A stretch of 19,393 bases of DNA from Bdellovibrionota bacterium (GTDB lineage Bacteria > Bdellovibrionota_C > UBA2361): the NCBI GenBank assembly GCA_044352465.1, contig JBILDU010000056.1, positions 1-19,393 on the forward strand. Reading direction: 5' to 3'. The notes under the pieces are model-generated. The model was not told where the DNA came from. It made no database searches and worked only from the letters and a program-made list of their open reading frames with translations. Positions 6,751 through 15,350 of the stretch are shown piece by piece. Position 1 is the stretch's first letter; every line of letters begins with the position of its first letter. Made by a program: the position numbers and the translations under genes.

Positions 6751-7971
6751 TTATTCAACGAAGTTAAGATCTCGCCCGAACGTTTCGTCGAGGAGAAAGA
6801 GCCCTAAAAGACAGAGGGCGTAGCCGATCAGCGCGAGAATGAAAACAGCGGGAGCCACACCGACGAGCGGCTTCATAACCAAGAATCCCCCCGTAAGGGG
6901 GATGACTACCGCCCGCACGAGATTCGGAATCGTCGTTGTCACCGTCGCACGAATATTGGTGCCGAATTGCTCCGCAGCGGTGGCCAGTCCACAGATCCAA
7001 AAGCCTACCGAGAATCCGAGGAGGCCGTAGAGGAGATAGAACTCCTCAGGGGTTCGCACCGCACCACTGTGAAGAATGAGGAGTAGAACGACACCTCCAC
7101 CGACAAACCAGGCGATCGGTTTTTTCCGGCTCCGGAGCCACTGACTGAGGAGGCCACTGATGAGATCACCGGCGGTTATCCCAATCGAGGCCCAGAGCAA
7201 GCTTGAGGGGACATCAACTGAGCCGGCGATCCCGAGGGACGTCGCAATCTCTGGGGCAAATACCCCGTAGAGACCAAAAACAACCCACACGGGAATACCT
7301 AACATACAGCAACCGATGAAGCGAATCATTCGATTCCGCGAGTTGAAAAGCATCGTCAGAGAGCCACGTTTGATATCGGTTCGCTCTTTTGTTGCGTGAA
7401 ACATCCCCGACTCGTGGACGAAGACACGTAGCAAGAGTAAGGAGAGACCCATCACACCACCAAGGATGAATGCGGAGCGCCATTCCATGACTTTACCCAC
7501 GTATGCGGCACCGATCGCGCCGGCTACGCCCACTGTGGCGACGATGGTGACTCCGTAGCCCCGTTTCTCTTTCGACATCAACTCGCTGACGAGGGTAACT
7601 CCGGTGCCGATCTCTCCCGCGAGGCCGAATCCGGCGACGAAGCGTAAGACGGCGTAGGTAGTAACATCATCCACAAATCCGTTGGCGATGTTCGCGAGGG
7701 AGTAGAGGAGGATCGAGCCGAACATCGCCCGCATCCGGCCGTACTTGTCACCGAGGATACCCCAAACGAATCCACCGATAAGAAGACCAGCTTGTTGGCA
7801 ATTGAGGATGAGCGCTCCTTTGGTCGTGAGCTCATCACCGGTGAGCCCCAGGTCGGTAAGGCTTTTGATCCGAAAATTCGCAAAGAGCCAGATGTCGAAG
7901 ACGTCGACAAAATAGCCGAGCGCAGCGACGATGACAGCGAACCACGCTGTACGTTGAGAGGGAATACTCAT
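6751..7971 (-). CDS. Major facilitator superfamily transporter
   Basis: 406 aa with about 12 hydrophobic segments. MFS motif A GILGDKYGRMR, plus RFVAGFGLAGE, ELMSKEKRG and AEQFGTNIRAT. Confidence 0.93.
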   Translation of the reverse strand: MSIPSQRTAWFAVIVAALGYFVDVFDIWLFANFRIKSLTDLGLTGDELTTKGALILNCQQAGLLIGGFVWGILGDKYGRMRAMFGSILLYSLANIANGFVDDVTTYAVLRFVAGFGLAGEIGTGVTLVSELMSKEKRGYGVTIVATVGVAGAIGAAYVGKVMEWRSAFILGGVMGLSLLLLRVFVHESGMFHATKERTDIKRGSLTMLFNSRNRMIRFIGCCMLGIPVWVVFGLYGVFAPEIATSLGIAGSVDVPSSLLWASIGITAGDLISGLLSQWLRSRKKPIAWFVGGGVVLLLILHSGAVRTPEEFYLLYGLLGFSVGFWICGLATAAEQFGTNIRATVTTTIPNLVRAVVIPLTGGFLVMKPLVGVAPAVFILALIGYALCLLGLFLLDETFGRDLNFVE

Positions 7972-8202
7972 GGGCTAGAAAGTAGCAGTGGTGTCTCAGA
8001 TTCTGCCAGCAGCGATTTATAGACGAGTATCGCTCCGCTAAAAGTTGGATCCAGGGTAGGGTGGCATGAACGGAACTGTATCTTCTCTTTTCAACTCGGC
8101 GAGAGAGCTGAAACGGGGGTTCGCTGCGGCGCATCTAATTTAGCGGTGGCGTAGGCCGGCTCGTTTCGCTGTAAGTATCTAATAAGGTTGCGAAAAAAGT
8201 GT

Positions 8203-9690
8203 ATGGATATCTCCGCAAGGCCGGCCGTCGTCATTTTCTTTAACGATTGGAAGGTCTTTCCGAACGGCGTTAACAGCGGGGGAGGTGAGAGCGCGACGTT
8301 GGCGCTAGCGCGCCGTATCGCCGCTTTCGGTCACCGTGTCATCGCGTGCGCGAATCTACCGGAGGGCGAGACAACGGTAGATGGTATCGAGTTTTGGAAC
8401 TTCGGGGGTGACTACGCCCTGCACCGAATAGAGCGCCGCCTCAGTGAGATCGGACCGTATTATTGTTTATGCGCGACGTTGGCGCATCCCCTCCTCTTTC
8501 TACGTGAGCACAAGAATTGCCGTGCGCGGATCATCATCAATCACTCCCCAGGAACTCATCCGAGTGGTTTAGAGCCGACCACGATTAGCGAACTCGTTGA
8601 TTACATTTTGTGTGTCTCTTCATGGCAATGCGAGCTCCTCAAAACGACGGGGGCAAACGACGAAAAGCTCGCGGTCGTGAAAAACGGATTTGAGGCGGAG
8701 CAGTTTCCGTACGCGGGACCGGAGAGTCGCGATTGGAACCAGCTCGTATTTATCGGACGACTGGAGGCAGCGAAAGGGATCCATGTTCTCGTGCAGGTCT
8801 TCGGGATGTTAAAAAATCATTTCCCCGATCTCAGGCTTGCCGTGTTTGGGGATGATACCCGGTGGCCGGAGTTCAGTCGGAAAAAAGACGAGTTTATGCA
8901 GCGCTTCCCGGGGCTTGTTTTCCATGGCAAGGTTTCGCAGCAAAGACTCTCCGCGGAACTCCGTCGGGCAGGGCTTCTGGTTTTTCCCTCGATCTCCCCG
9001 GAATCTGCAGGGCTTGCGGTCGTTGAAGCGCAAGCGAGCGGATGTCCGGTCATCGCTTTTAACTCGGGAGGTGTCGTTGATTATCTCTCGCCGCGGGTGG
9101 GAGAGATCCTTGACGAGATGACTCCGGATGCTCTCCGTCAGGGCATCGAGCGATTTCTGGGTGATCGCAGCGGGATGATCGAGCGTTGTCGTGCGGCACA
9201 ATACGCACGTGGGCGCACCTGGGAGGTCGTGGCACGAGAGGTGCTCGCGTACTGCGAAATGGCAGCGGCGCGGTGTGATAGCGCAACCGTACCGCAGTTG
9301 CCTGAAAGTATTCGTCGGATTGAGAAAGTTGGGGGGCTCTCACCAGAAACTCTGTTGCTGGATCACGATGCTTTGTTAGACAGCGAGCTATTATCAGAGG
9401 GCTCCTTGGAGCGAATCATCGCTCAGGGAGCAGAGGGGGCGTGGCCGTATCTTATTCGGGGTCTACGCCTTGAGAAAAAAGGCGAAGTGAGTGCTGCGGT
9501 AGAGGCTTATACGGAGGCGGCGGCGCGAGCTTCGACCGTTGATTGGCAGCCGTTTTTTCGATTGGCACTTTTGCACGTTGACCGGCGTGAGATCGCGGAA
9601 GCCTCGCGGTGTGCCCGCACCGTGCTTGAACGGGCGCCAAACTTTCCGCTCCGAAAGCATCTTGAACGGATAATCGAGCTTACCGCGTGA
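8203..9690 (+). CDS. GT4-family (GT-B) glycosyltransferase with C-terminal TPR-like domain
   Basis: Motifs SGGGES, FIGRLEAAKG and EX7E motif ESAGLAVVEAQASGCPV. C-terminal AWPYLIRG...AVEAYTEAA...WQPFFRLA...CARTVLERAPNF resembles TPR repeats. ATG 8203 chosen over TTG 8188. Confidence 0.88.
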   Translation: MDISARPAVVIFFNDWKVFPNGVNSGGGESATLALARRIAAFGHRVIACANLPEGETTVDGIEFWNFGGDYALHRIERRLSEIGPYYCLCATLAHPLLFLREHKNCRARIIINHSPGTHPSGLEPTTISELVDYILCVSSWQCELLKTTGANDEKLAVVKNGFEAEQFPYAGPESRDWNQLVFIGRLEAAKGIHVLVQVFGMLKNHFPDLRLAVFGDDTRWPEFSRKKDEFMQRFPGLVFHGKVSQQRLSAELRRAGLLVFPSISPESAGLAVVEAQASGCPVIAFNSGGVVDYLSPRVGEILDEMTPDALRQGIERFLGDRSGMIERCRAAQYARGRTWEVVAREVLAYCEMAAARCDSATVPQLPESIRRIEKVGGLSPETLLLDHDALLDSELLSEGSLERIIAQGAEGAWPYLIRGLRLEKKGEVSAAVEAYTEAAARASTVDWQPFFRLALLHVDRREIAEASRCARTVLERAPNFPLRKHLERIIELTA

Positions 9691-9695
9691 GCCGA

Positions 9696-11003
9696 TCAGT
9701 GCGGCTTTAGTCCCCCGAACTCTTGAAAAAACGGCGCGAGAATCTGCTCGGCTGGTGATACCGTCGCACCGCTATGATCTCGCAGGAGCTCTTGGATTTC
9801 GCCTTCGAGCTCCGCCATACCTCTTCGCTCAACCCCGTTCCACCGGGCAAGGATCGCAGCGTAGTCTGGAATATGCTCCGTAAAGATCTTTCGTAAGGTC
9901 TGCCCCACCTGGGCCGGGGTATGTTGGGTAGAGAGCGCGGCTTGTCCGCGAGCCGCCCAGGGTGCGGGCTCTCCGGCCTGTACCGCCTCAAAGATTCCCT
10001 GTAGTTCAGCCGCGCCGCGCATACTCGGGTCGATCCTGAGGACAAGATCCTCCGAGATCTCACTAAATCCGGGGTGGTTTGAGACGACTGCCGGACGGCC
10101 AGCCAGGAGCGATAACTCGAGATAGGGTGAGGTGCGATAGAAAGGCGAGTTATGGAGGTGCAGTGCCAGGGTCGTCTCCGCGAGGATCTCCTCCCACCGC
10201 TGCGGTGAGCGTCCTACCCGTAGCTCCACCTGCGTTTGGACGGCGAATTCGTCAATCACCCGTCGAGCCGCCACGAGCTCGCTCGAGTCGATCATCCAGG
10301 TAAGTAGCCATCCACTGTGCTGGGCCTTGAGGGCCGGAAAAACCTTATGCATCTGTCCCTCAACGCCCGGGCGAGCGGGCGAGGCTACCCGGAGGATCGC
10401 GGATTTTTTTGGCGGAGGAATCGCTCGAGAGAGGGTTGCCGGCATGGGGACGTGGAGAGCTTGGTGTCCTCCCGGCGAGGCTTCGAGGCGCCGCCCTGAC
10501 AGACCTTCAAGCCGCTTGAGGACGGCCGGAGAGCTCGAAAGTACAAGGGTTGATAAAGCGCGTTCCCGGTAAGCGAAGGGCCAGAGGGGGTGAATGGGAT
10601 TGGTTCGGGGATTGAACGGCGCACTGGGTTCGAGAAATTGCTCGACCGTCAGCTCCCAGGGGCTCGCATGAAATGCCTCTGCACCGAAGTCCCCGATGGC
10701 GGCCTCGTGCAACCAGACGACACCCGGAATGAGTCCAAGATGGGCGCGGGCGAAGCGGGCGCGGGGATGGTCTTCGATGTTATAGACGAACAGATCGAAC
10801 GGCGCCGCGTGGTGACGTCGATGCGCGTTTAGAAAATGGTCTTCGCGCTCGGCAAGCCCGTGGGTGAGCTTACAGTCGGTGAAGAGCTCGATCTCAAAGT
10901 AGTTCCGGAGCTCCGGTAAAATCTGGCGGGTAGAGTAGTCAGCGACTGAATCGCTCCTCGGATCGAGGGGCGAAAACCACGCGATACGCGGGCGAGCGCT
11001 CAT
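9696..11003 (-). CDS. GT-B fold glycosyltransferase-like protein (divergent GT4, EX7E motif not evident)
   Basis: N-terminal RIAWFSPL..SDSVADYS..ILPEL and PGVVWLHE are typical of a GT4 subgroup; C-terminal LLAGRPAVVS. ATG 11003 overlaps the upstream stop (ATGA) and has SD AAGGA. Confidence 0.78.
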   Translation of the reverse strand: MSARPRIAWFSPLDPRSDSVADYSTRQILPELRNYFEIELFTDCKLTHGLAEREDHFLNAHRRHHAAPFDLFVYNIEDHPRARFARAHLGLIPGVVWLHEAAIGDFGAEAFHASPWELTVEQFLEPSAPFNPRTNPIHPLWPFAYRERALSTLVLSSSPAVLKRLEGLSGRRLEASPGGHQALHVPMPATLSRAIPPPKKSAILRVASPARPGVEGQMHKVFPALKAQHSGWLLTWMIDSSELVAARRVIDEFAVQTQVELRVGRSPQRWEEILAETTLALHLHNSPFYRTSPYLELSLLAGRPAVVSNHPGFSEISEDLVLRIDPSMRGAAELQGIFEAVQAGEPAPWAARGQAALSTQHTPAQVGQTLRKIFTEHIPDYAAILARWNGVERRGMAELEGEIQELLRDHSGATVSPAEQILAPFFQEFGGLKPH

Positions 11004-12085
11004 GGTCGTATTTCCTTCGGGGCCGCCAGGGGGGACAGGAGTGCTGTGATAACCCGCTCCCAACCGCCTTCGAGCATCCCCGAGGATTCGATGAAGGCAC
11101 GCCCGCGTGCACCGAGCGCACGGGCTGTGGCAGGGTCTTGAGCCAGTTGATCAAAGGCTTGCCCAACCGCCTCGGGTGTTGGATCCACCACAAATCCGTT
11201 CTCCAGATGGCGAACGAATTCAAGGGGGCCCCCGGCGTCGTGGGTCGTGACGACCGGTTTCCCACTAGCCATCGCCTCGATCGTGACGTAGCCGTAATCC
11301 TCGTTAAATGGGGCGTAATAGGTTGCGGTCGCGCGGGCGTGCAGATCGATCAGCTCGTCTTCGCTGACCCGGCCGAGAAAATCGACCCGTGAGGCGACGC
11401 CGTAGTGCCCCGCAACATTTTTGAAATATTCGAGGGTGCCCGGTTCATCGGAGACTCCCACGACTTTTAACCTCAGATCGCGTACATGGGGGAGCGCCAT
11501 AAGCATGAGGTCGAGTCGCTTAATCCGACACAATCGCCCGACTGAGAGGATGTAGGGCTCGGGATCGGCGTTGCGATATCGATTGCCGAGGGGGAGAGGC
11601 GGGTAGAGAACCTCGGCGGACAGGCCGTTGAAGGTCGTGAGGCGATCCGCCACGTTCTGAGAGATCGCGCTTCGGTAGACACATTCGCCGATGGTTTGAG
11701 TGTCTCCCTCAACGAGGATCCTTCGGAGCGCCTCGTCGCGAGGATCGTCCCCGATATCAGAAAATTGCCCGCCGTAGAGATCGTAGATCGAGCGGAGTTG
11801 GTGGACGAGCCAAACACTTTTTTTAGGATGTCGGGCGTAGTAACTGGGAAATTTGGTCGGAATAATCAGATCGATCGGTTGACCACAGAAGGATGAAAGA
11901 TCGAGCGCGCGCCACATCGCCGCCGCGGTCACCAGATTCTGTTTCGGCAGCGGGTTGAAGGGGAGCTCAAGAACATCGACCTCGTGTCCGCGGGTGCGAA
12001 TCTCCTTGGTCAGGGTCTCAACCAGGATCTCTTGACCACCCCGAGTAAACGGAACCTTGACCCCGAGGACCAGGATACGTGCCAT
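11000..12085 (-). CDS. GT4-family glycosyltransferase
   Basis: Motifs VPFTRGGQE, TKFPSYY, LSVGRLCRIKR and EX7E motif EDYGYVTIEAMASGKPV. Confidence 0.93.
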   Translation of the reverse strand: MARILVLGVKVPFTRGGQEILVETLTKEIRTRGHEVDVLELPFNPLPKQNLVTAAAMWRALDLSSFCGQPIDLIIPTKFPSYYARHPKKSVWLVHQLRSIYDLYGGQFSDIGDDPRDEALRRILVEGDTQTIGECVYRSAISQNVADRLTTFNGLSAEVLYPPLPLGNRYRNADPEPYILSVGRLCRIKRLDLMLMALPHVRDLRLKVVGVSDEPGTLEYFKNVAGHYGVASRVDFLGRVSEDELIDLHARATATYYAPFNEDYGYVTIEAMASGKPVVTTHDAGGPLEFVRHLENGFVVDPTPEAVGQAFDQLAQDPATARALGARGRAFIESSGMLEGGWERVITALLSPLAAPKEIRP

Positions 12086-12087
12086 CG

Positions 12088-13449
12088 CTAATGAACCTCA
12101 AGGATGAGGCAGTAGTCTTGGAACCCGTAGAGGAGCTTGTTGAGTTGGGCGATGTTCGCGTTGATACGCTGGAGCGCCTCGGTAACGTTCGGCTTGAGGG
12201 TTGTATCGATCGGAATCTCGCGAAGTAATTGATTTGGTGATACCGGCGAGAGGTACCGGGTCTCCACGATCGCAAGTCCAGCGAGCGTCGCCATGTAGCC
12301 GAGCGTGTCCGGATGCATCGGCCAGACGTGGGTCGGATCCCGAAAGTAGTTCGACGAGAGGGCCAGAAGCGACTGCGGATTGATCGTCTCAAAGACTACC
12401 TTCGCCCCAGGCTTGAGTTTGGCCTGCGCCAGTACGAAGAGCTCGTGGAGCTGCTCGCGCGTCAGATGCTCCACAACCTGAATCGCGATGAGCCCTCCCA
12501 GTGACCGATCTTCACATGCACGCAGGTGAGCGATCCCATCCCCGTGTTGGGTCACGAGGCCAGCTGCGTTGGCCACGTTCACCATCGCTGGATCAAGATC
12601 GACCCCATAGGAGGTGATACCAGCTTCTTTGAGAAGCCGTTGAAGTTCACCCCGACCTGAGCCTATCTCTAAGACCGATCCTGCAGCTTCCCGGAAGATC
12701 GGCGGATAGATCCCGAGCCGTCGCGAGATCTCGGTTTCGCTCCCGCGGTATCGATTCTCGAGGAGCAGATAGCCGATATCCGGCGCGGTGATCTTTCCTG
12801 CGCTCGGTTTCTCAGAGGCTCGGGGTGGGGACGGATTTCGATACGCGTCGAGATTGTTCATGATCCCCTCGAGTCCGCGTACAAGCCCGTCGAGGGAGTT
12901 CACCCGGCCGATGATATCGGTAAATCCGGCCGCGGTCCGATGTTCATGCGAAATGAATGCGCCGTGGGCATCGTCAGCGACCCGCGCGATACGAGTGCCA
13001 AGATTTTCGGTGAGCGACGTCGCCAGGTGTGCGTCCCGCGCATCGATATATCGGCCAAGCTCGTTGAGGTAGCGGACGAGATTCTCTTGGAACTGCCGCT
13101 CCCCAGCGAGATAATCGCGGAAGAGGGACTCGCGCAGAAAATTGAGGAATCGACGTTTGGCTGCAACGATTATCTTCCCGATGATGCCGCCGCGGTGGGT
13201 CGTAATCGAATCAGGGGAGAATTTGAGCTCGTAGGCGTAGTGACGATTGAGGAACGCGAGCTCCTCCGAGTGTTGCAGGCTACCCAGTCGGTAAGCGCCT
13301 TCCCCAATGAGTGAAGGTGGGCGAGAGGGATAGCGATCCCGGTTCGCTTCGACGTCTTGAGCGATCCGCTCCCGTATGCGCTGCATGAGCGCGGGGATAT
13401 CCGGGGGCGCCTCGAGTGGAGAGGGTGATGATGGAAGAGGTTTAGCCAT
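12088..13449 (-). CDS. Class I SAM-dependent methyltransferase with N-terminal helical/coiled-coil region (surface polysaccharide-associated)
   Basis: ENRYRGSETEI, SAM motif I VLEIGSGRGE, YGVDLD, IQVVEHL, LKPGAKVVFETINP and YFRDPTHVWP. First gene of an operon with two glycosyltransferases. Confidence 0.88.
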   Translation of the reverse strand: MAKPLPSSPSPLEAPPDIPALMQRIRERIAQDVEANRDRYPSRPPSLIGEGAYRLGSLQHSEELAFLNRHYAYELKFSPDSITTHRGGIIGKIIVAAKRRFLNFLRESLFRDYLAGERQFQENLVRYLNELGRYIDARDAHLATSLTENLGTRIARVADDAHGAFISHEHRTAAGFTDIIGRVNSLDGLVRGLEGIMNNLDAYRNPSPPRASEKPSAGKITAPDIGYLLLENRYRGSETEISRRLGIYPPIFREAAGSVLEIGSGRGELQRLLKEAGITSYGVDLDPAMVNVANAAGLVTQHGDGIAHLRACEDRSLGGLIAIQVVEHLTREQLHELFVLAQAKLKPGAKVVFETINPQSLLALSSNYFRDPTHVWPMHPDTLGYMATLAGLAIVETRYLSPVSPNQLLREIPIDTTLKPNVTEALQRINANIAQLNKLLYGFQDYCLILEVH

Positions 13450-13593
13450 TACCTATCTGTGAGGGTGCCTAAATCAGAGGTCGTCTCAGTCAAAGGTTGC
13501 CTGCCACTGACTCTCTCGTGTTGCCGGCCTATCTGAACGGCGCGTGCACCGGCCTATATTCGTAGCTTACGACGGGGAGGTCAAGTTGCGGAA

Positions 13594-13631
13594 ACGCCGG
13601 GCCGGCCCAGGAGTGAGGGCCGGTCCGGCGT
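13594..13631 (-). terminator. GC-rich hairpin, likely intrinsic terminator of the DxDxDG-repeat gene
   Basis: 15-bp arms ACGCCGGACCGGCCC / GGGCCGGCCCGGCGT (1 mismatch) with an 8-nt loop, 23 nt after the stop at 13655. The U tail is short. Confidence 0.65.
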
Positions 13632-13654
13632 ATAAAGAGGTAGAGGGACTTTTT

Positions 13655-14284
13655 TTATAGGCAGTCGTCGTCAGATTTAACCTTTTTGGCTGTATTGACC
13701 CCGCCGCTTCTTATTCCCTCTGCTTCGACACATGCCTCGACTTCAAAATCGTCGATAGTCAGCCCACTGGTAACCCCACCTTGCCGGTACTGGGTGCTCT
13801 CACCGATGACAAATACAGTTGTTCCCACGGTGATCTCCGTCGATGACTTTGCCACGAGTCGGCCTTTCACCTCGATCTCTACCGAGCCTGGGGTTCCGCC
13901 GCTACTGCTATCATCGCCGTCCTCAATCCCGTCGTCATCGGAGTCTCGATCGTCCGGCTTGGTCCGGTTTCGATATTCGTCGCCGTCATCGAGACCATCG
14001 TCATCGGAATCGCTGTCACACCGGGACCGGGGGGTGAGTTCCAGGACATCCGGTACGCCGTCGCTATCGGTGTCGCTGAGCTTTGAAAGGGTCGCCAGAA
14101 CCTTCGTCCGATTCGCCGGTGAGAGTCTTTTAAAATCGCGCAATAATTTGGCGATATCATTCTCAAGTGAGCGGGCCTCGTTCCGAACACTTCGTGTCGT
14201 TGGAGCCGCAAGCGCGAGCTGAGGAGCGGCAACAACAGCCAGTAGGGCGGATAACATGACGACAAAAGTACTTCGATGGGACAT
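13655..14284 (-). CDS. Secreted protein with DxDxDG Ca-binding-type repeats and C-terminal DUF5666-like beta domain
   Basis: SD AAGGAG before ATG 14284. Signal peptide MSHRSTFVVMLSALLAVVAAPQLALA. Repeats DTDSDGVPD, DSDDDGLDDGDE and DSDDDGIEDGDD. C-terminal EIEVKGRLVAK..ITVGTTVFVIGESTQY...DFEVEACVEAEG...AKKVK. Confidence 0.75.
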   Translation of the reverse strand: MSHRSTFVVMLSALLAVVAAPQLALAAPTTRSVRNEARSLENDIAKLLRDFKRLSPANRTKVLATLSKLSDTDSDGVPDVLELTPRSRCDSDSDDDGLDDGDEYRNRTKPDDRDSDDDGIEDGDDSSSGGTPGSVEIEVKGRLVAKSSTEITVGTTVFVIGESTQYRQGGVTSGLTIDDFEVEACVEAEGIRSGGVNTAKKVKSDDDCL

Positions 14285-14616
14285 AACACACTCCTTCAAT
14301 AACAAGCTCTTTCGGTCACTGATGGGCAAGATAGCGGGGCACTCTACGATCGCCTGATTAAACGGCGACCAAGCCAAAGGATACCACCCCTAACGGTATG
14401 AGGGCGAATACTTTCTCCTGCGCCTTCAGGGAAGTTTTCTTGGGTATTGGAGCTTATTTGGGCCGGATACGAGCGCAGCCGGGGTAGCCCCACAGGTATT
14501 GGAGCGAAACGTAGAAATAGCTGGGGTTTAAGGTGAATGAGATTCTTCGAGGGATTTCGAGGGGATCCCGGCGGGATAAACTATGTAAATCCAGTCACCG
14601 ACTCGGGCGTGATGTG

Positions 14617-14654
14617 GCAGAGCTCGTAACAAATCATTTTGCTCCGAGCTCTGC
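14617..14654 (-). terminator. Hairpin downstream of yceI (possible terminator or stabiliser)
   Basis: Perfect 10-bp arms GCAGAGCTCG / CGAGCTCTGC starting 12 nt after the yceI stop. No clear U-tract. Confidence 0.45.
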
Positions 14655-14666
14655 GCGCTGCCTGCC

Positions 14667-15248
14667 TTAGGCCGCCTTCTTCACTCCCGCGATTTCGAGG
14701 GTGATCTTCACCTCGTCACCAACCACGACAGCACCCGCTTCGGTGAGCTTGCCCCAGGTCAGCCCAAAATCTTTGCGGTTGAGGCTGGTCGTTGCTGAGA
14801 AGCCGACCCGATCGTTGCCGTACGGATCTTTAGCGCTACCATTATAAGTAACATCGAGAACTACCGGCTTCGTGATGCCGTGCATCGTTAGATCGCCCAT
14901 CACTTTAAAAGCTTCCGGAGTCCCGGTGGTCTCGGTGCTCACGAACTGGAGCTCAGGGAACTTCGTGACGTTAAAAAAGTCGGCGTTCTTTAAGTGATCG
15001 TCACGCTTGGCGTTCTCAGTGGAGATGCTCTCGGCGGAGATCTTCGCCGTTGTCTTCGAGGCGGCGATATTCTTGGGGTCGTAAGAAATGGTGCCCTCAA
15101 ACTTCCCGAAGGCGCCGTTTACATTAGCGATAGCAAGATGCCTAATCTTAAATTCGACCGAGCTGTGGTCGTTGTCTATGGTGTAATCCGCAGCGAAGGT
15201 GGTGGCTGGAACGATCGAGACAATAAGGGTGATGAGAAAACGTCGCAT
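14667..15248 (-). CDS. yceI: YceI-family polyisoprenoid-binding periplasmic protein
   Basis: Signal peptide, then YTIDNDHSSVEFKIRH, RDDHLKNADFFNVTKFP, GDLTMHGITKPV, DPYGNDRVGF, RKDFGLTW and VGDEVKITLEI. Confidence 0.95.
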   Translation of the reverse strand: MRRFLITLIVSIVPATTFAADYTIDNDHSSVEFKIRHLAIANVNGAFGKFEGTISYDPKNIAASKTTAKISAESISTENAKRDDHLKNADFFNVTKFPELQFVSTETTGTPEAFKVMGDLTMHGITKPVVLDVTYNGSAKDPYGNDRVGFSATTSLNRKDFGLTWGKLTEAGAVVVGDEVKITLEIAGVKKAA

Positions 15249-15341
15249 AAGCAGAGCACTCCAAAAAAAGGTTCGCGTCCACGACGATAGTGGGGGTGGT
15301 AAAGTTCCGCAATGACCGGCTCAGCTGGGCGGTAGCTGTGG

Positions 15342-15350
15342 TGTGGATAA
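15342..15350 (-). promoter_or_regulatory. Perfect DnaA box TTATCCACA
   Basis: TGTGGATAA on the + strand in the yceI-kup divergent spacer. It is a single perfect copy, so function is uncertain. Confidence 0.35.

Noticed and set aside
8035..8146. CCGCTAAA/TTTAGCGG long-range inverted repeat in the MFS-GT spacer
   Set aside because: Only 8 bp with a ~96-nt separation, and the inner pairing is unconvincing.
11004..11063. Longer annotated starts (11063, 14377, 19020, 8188)
   Set aside because: Downstream ATGs have SDs, ATGA coupling or a signal peptide start (8203 preferred only as ATG over TTG), so the N-terminal extensions were trimmed.
13686..14222. 178-aa Ser-rich + strand ORF and the many other antisense or alternate-frame ORFs in the track
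   Set aside because: Shadow ORFs of well-supported genes in GC-rich DNA. The Ser runs are simply the antisense of Asp codons.
15328..15335. ops-like GGCGGTAG
   Set aside because: Not upstream of the polysaccharide operon, on the wrong strand for it, and lacking JUMPstart context.
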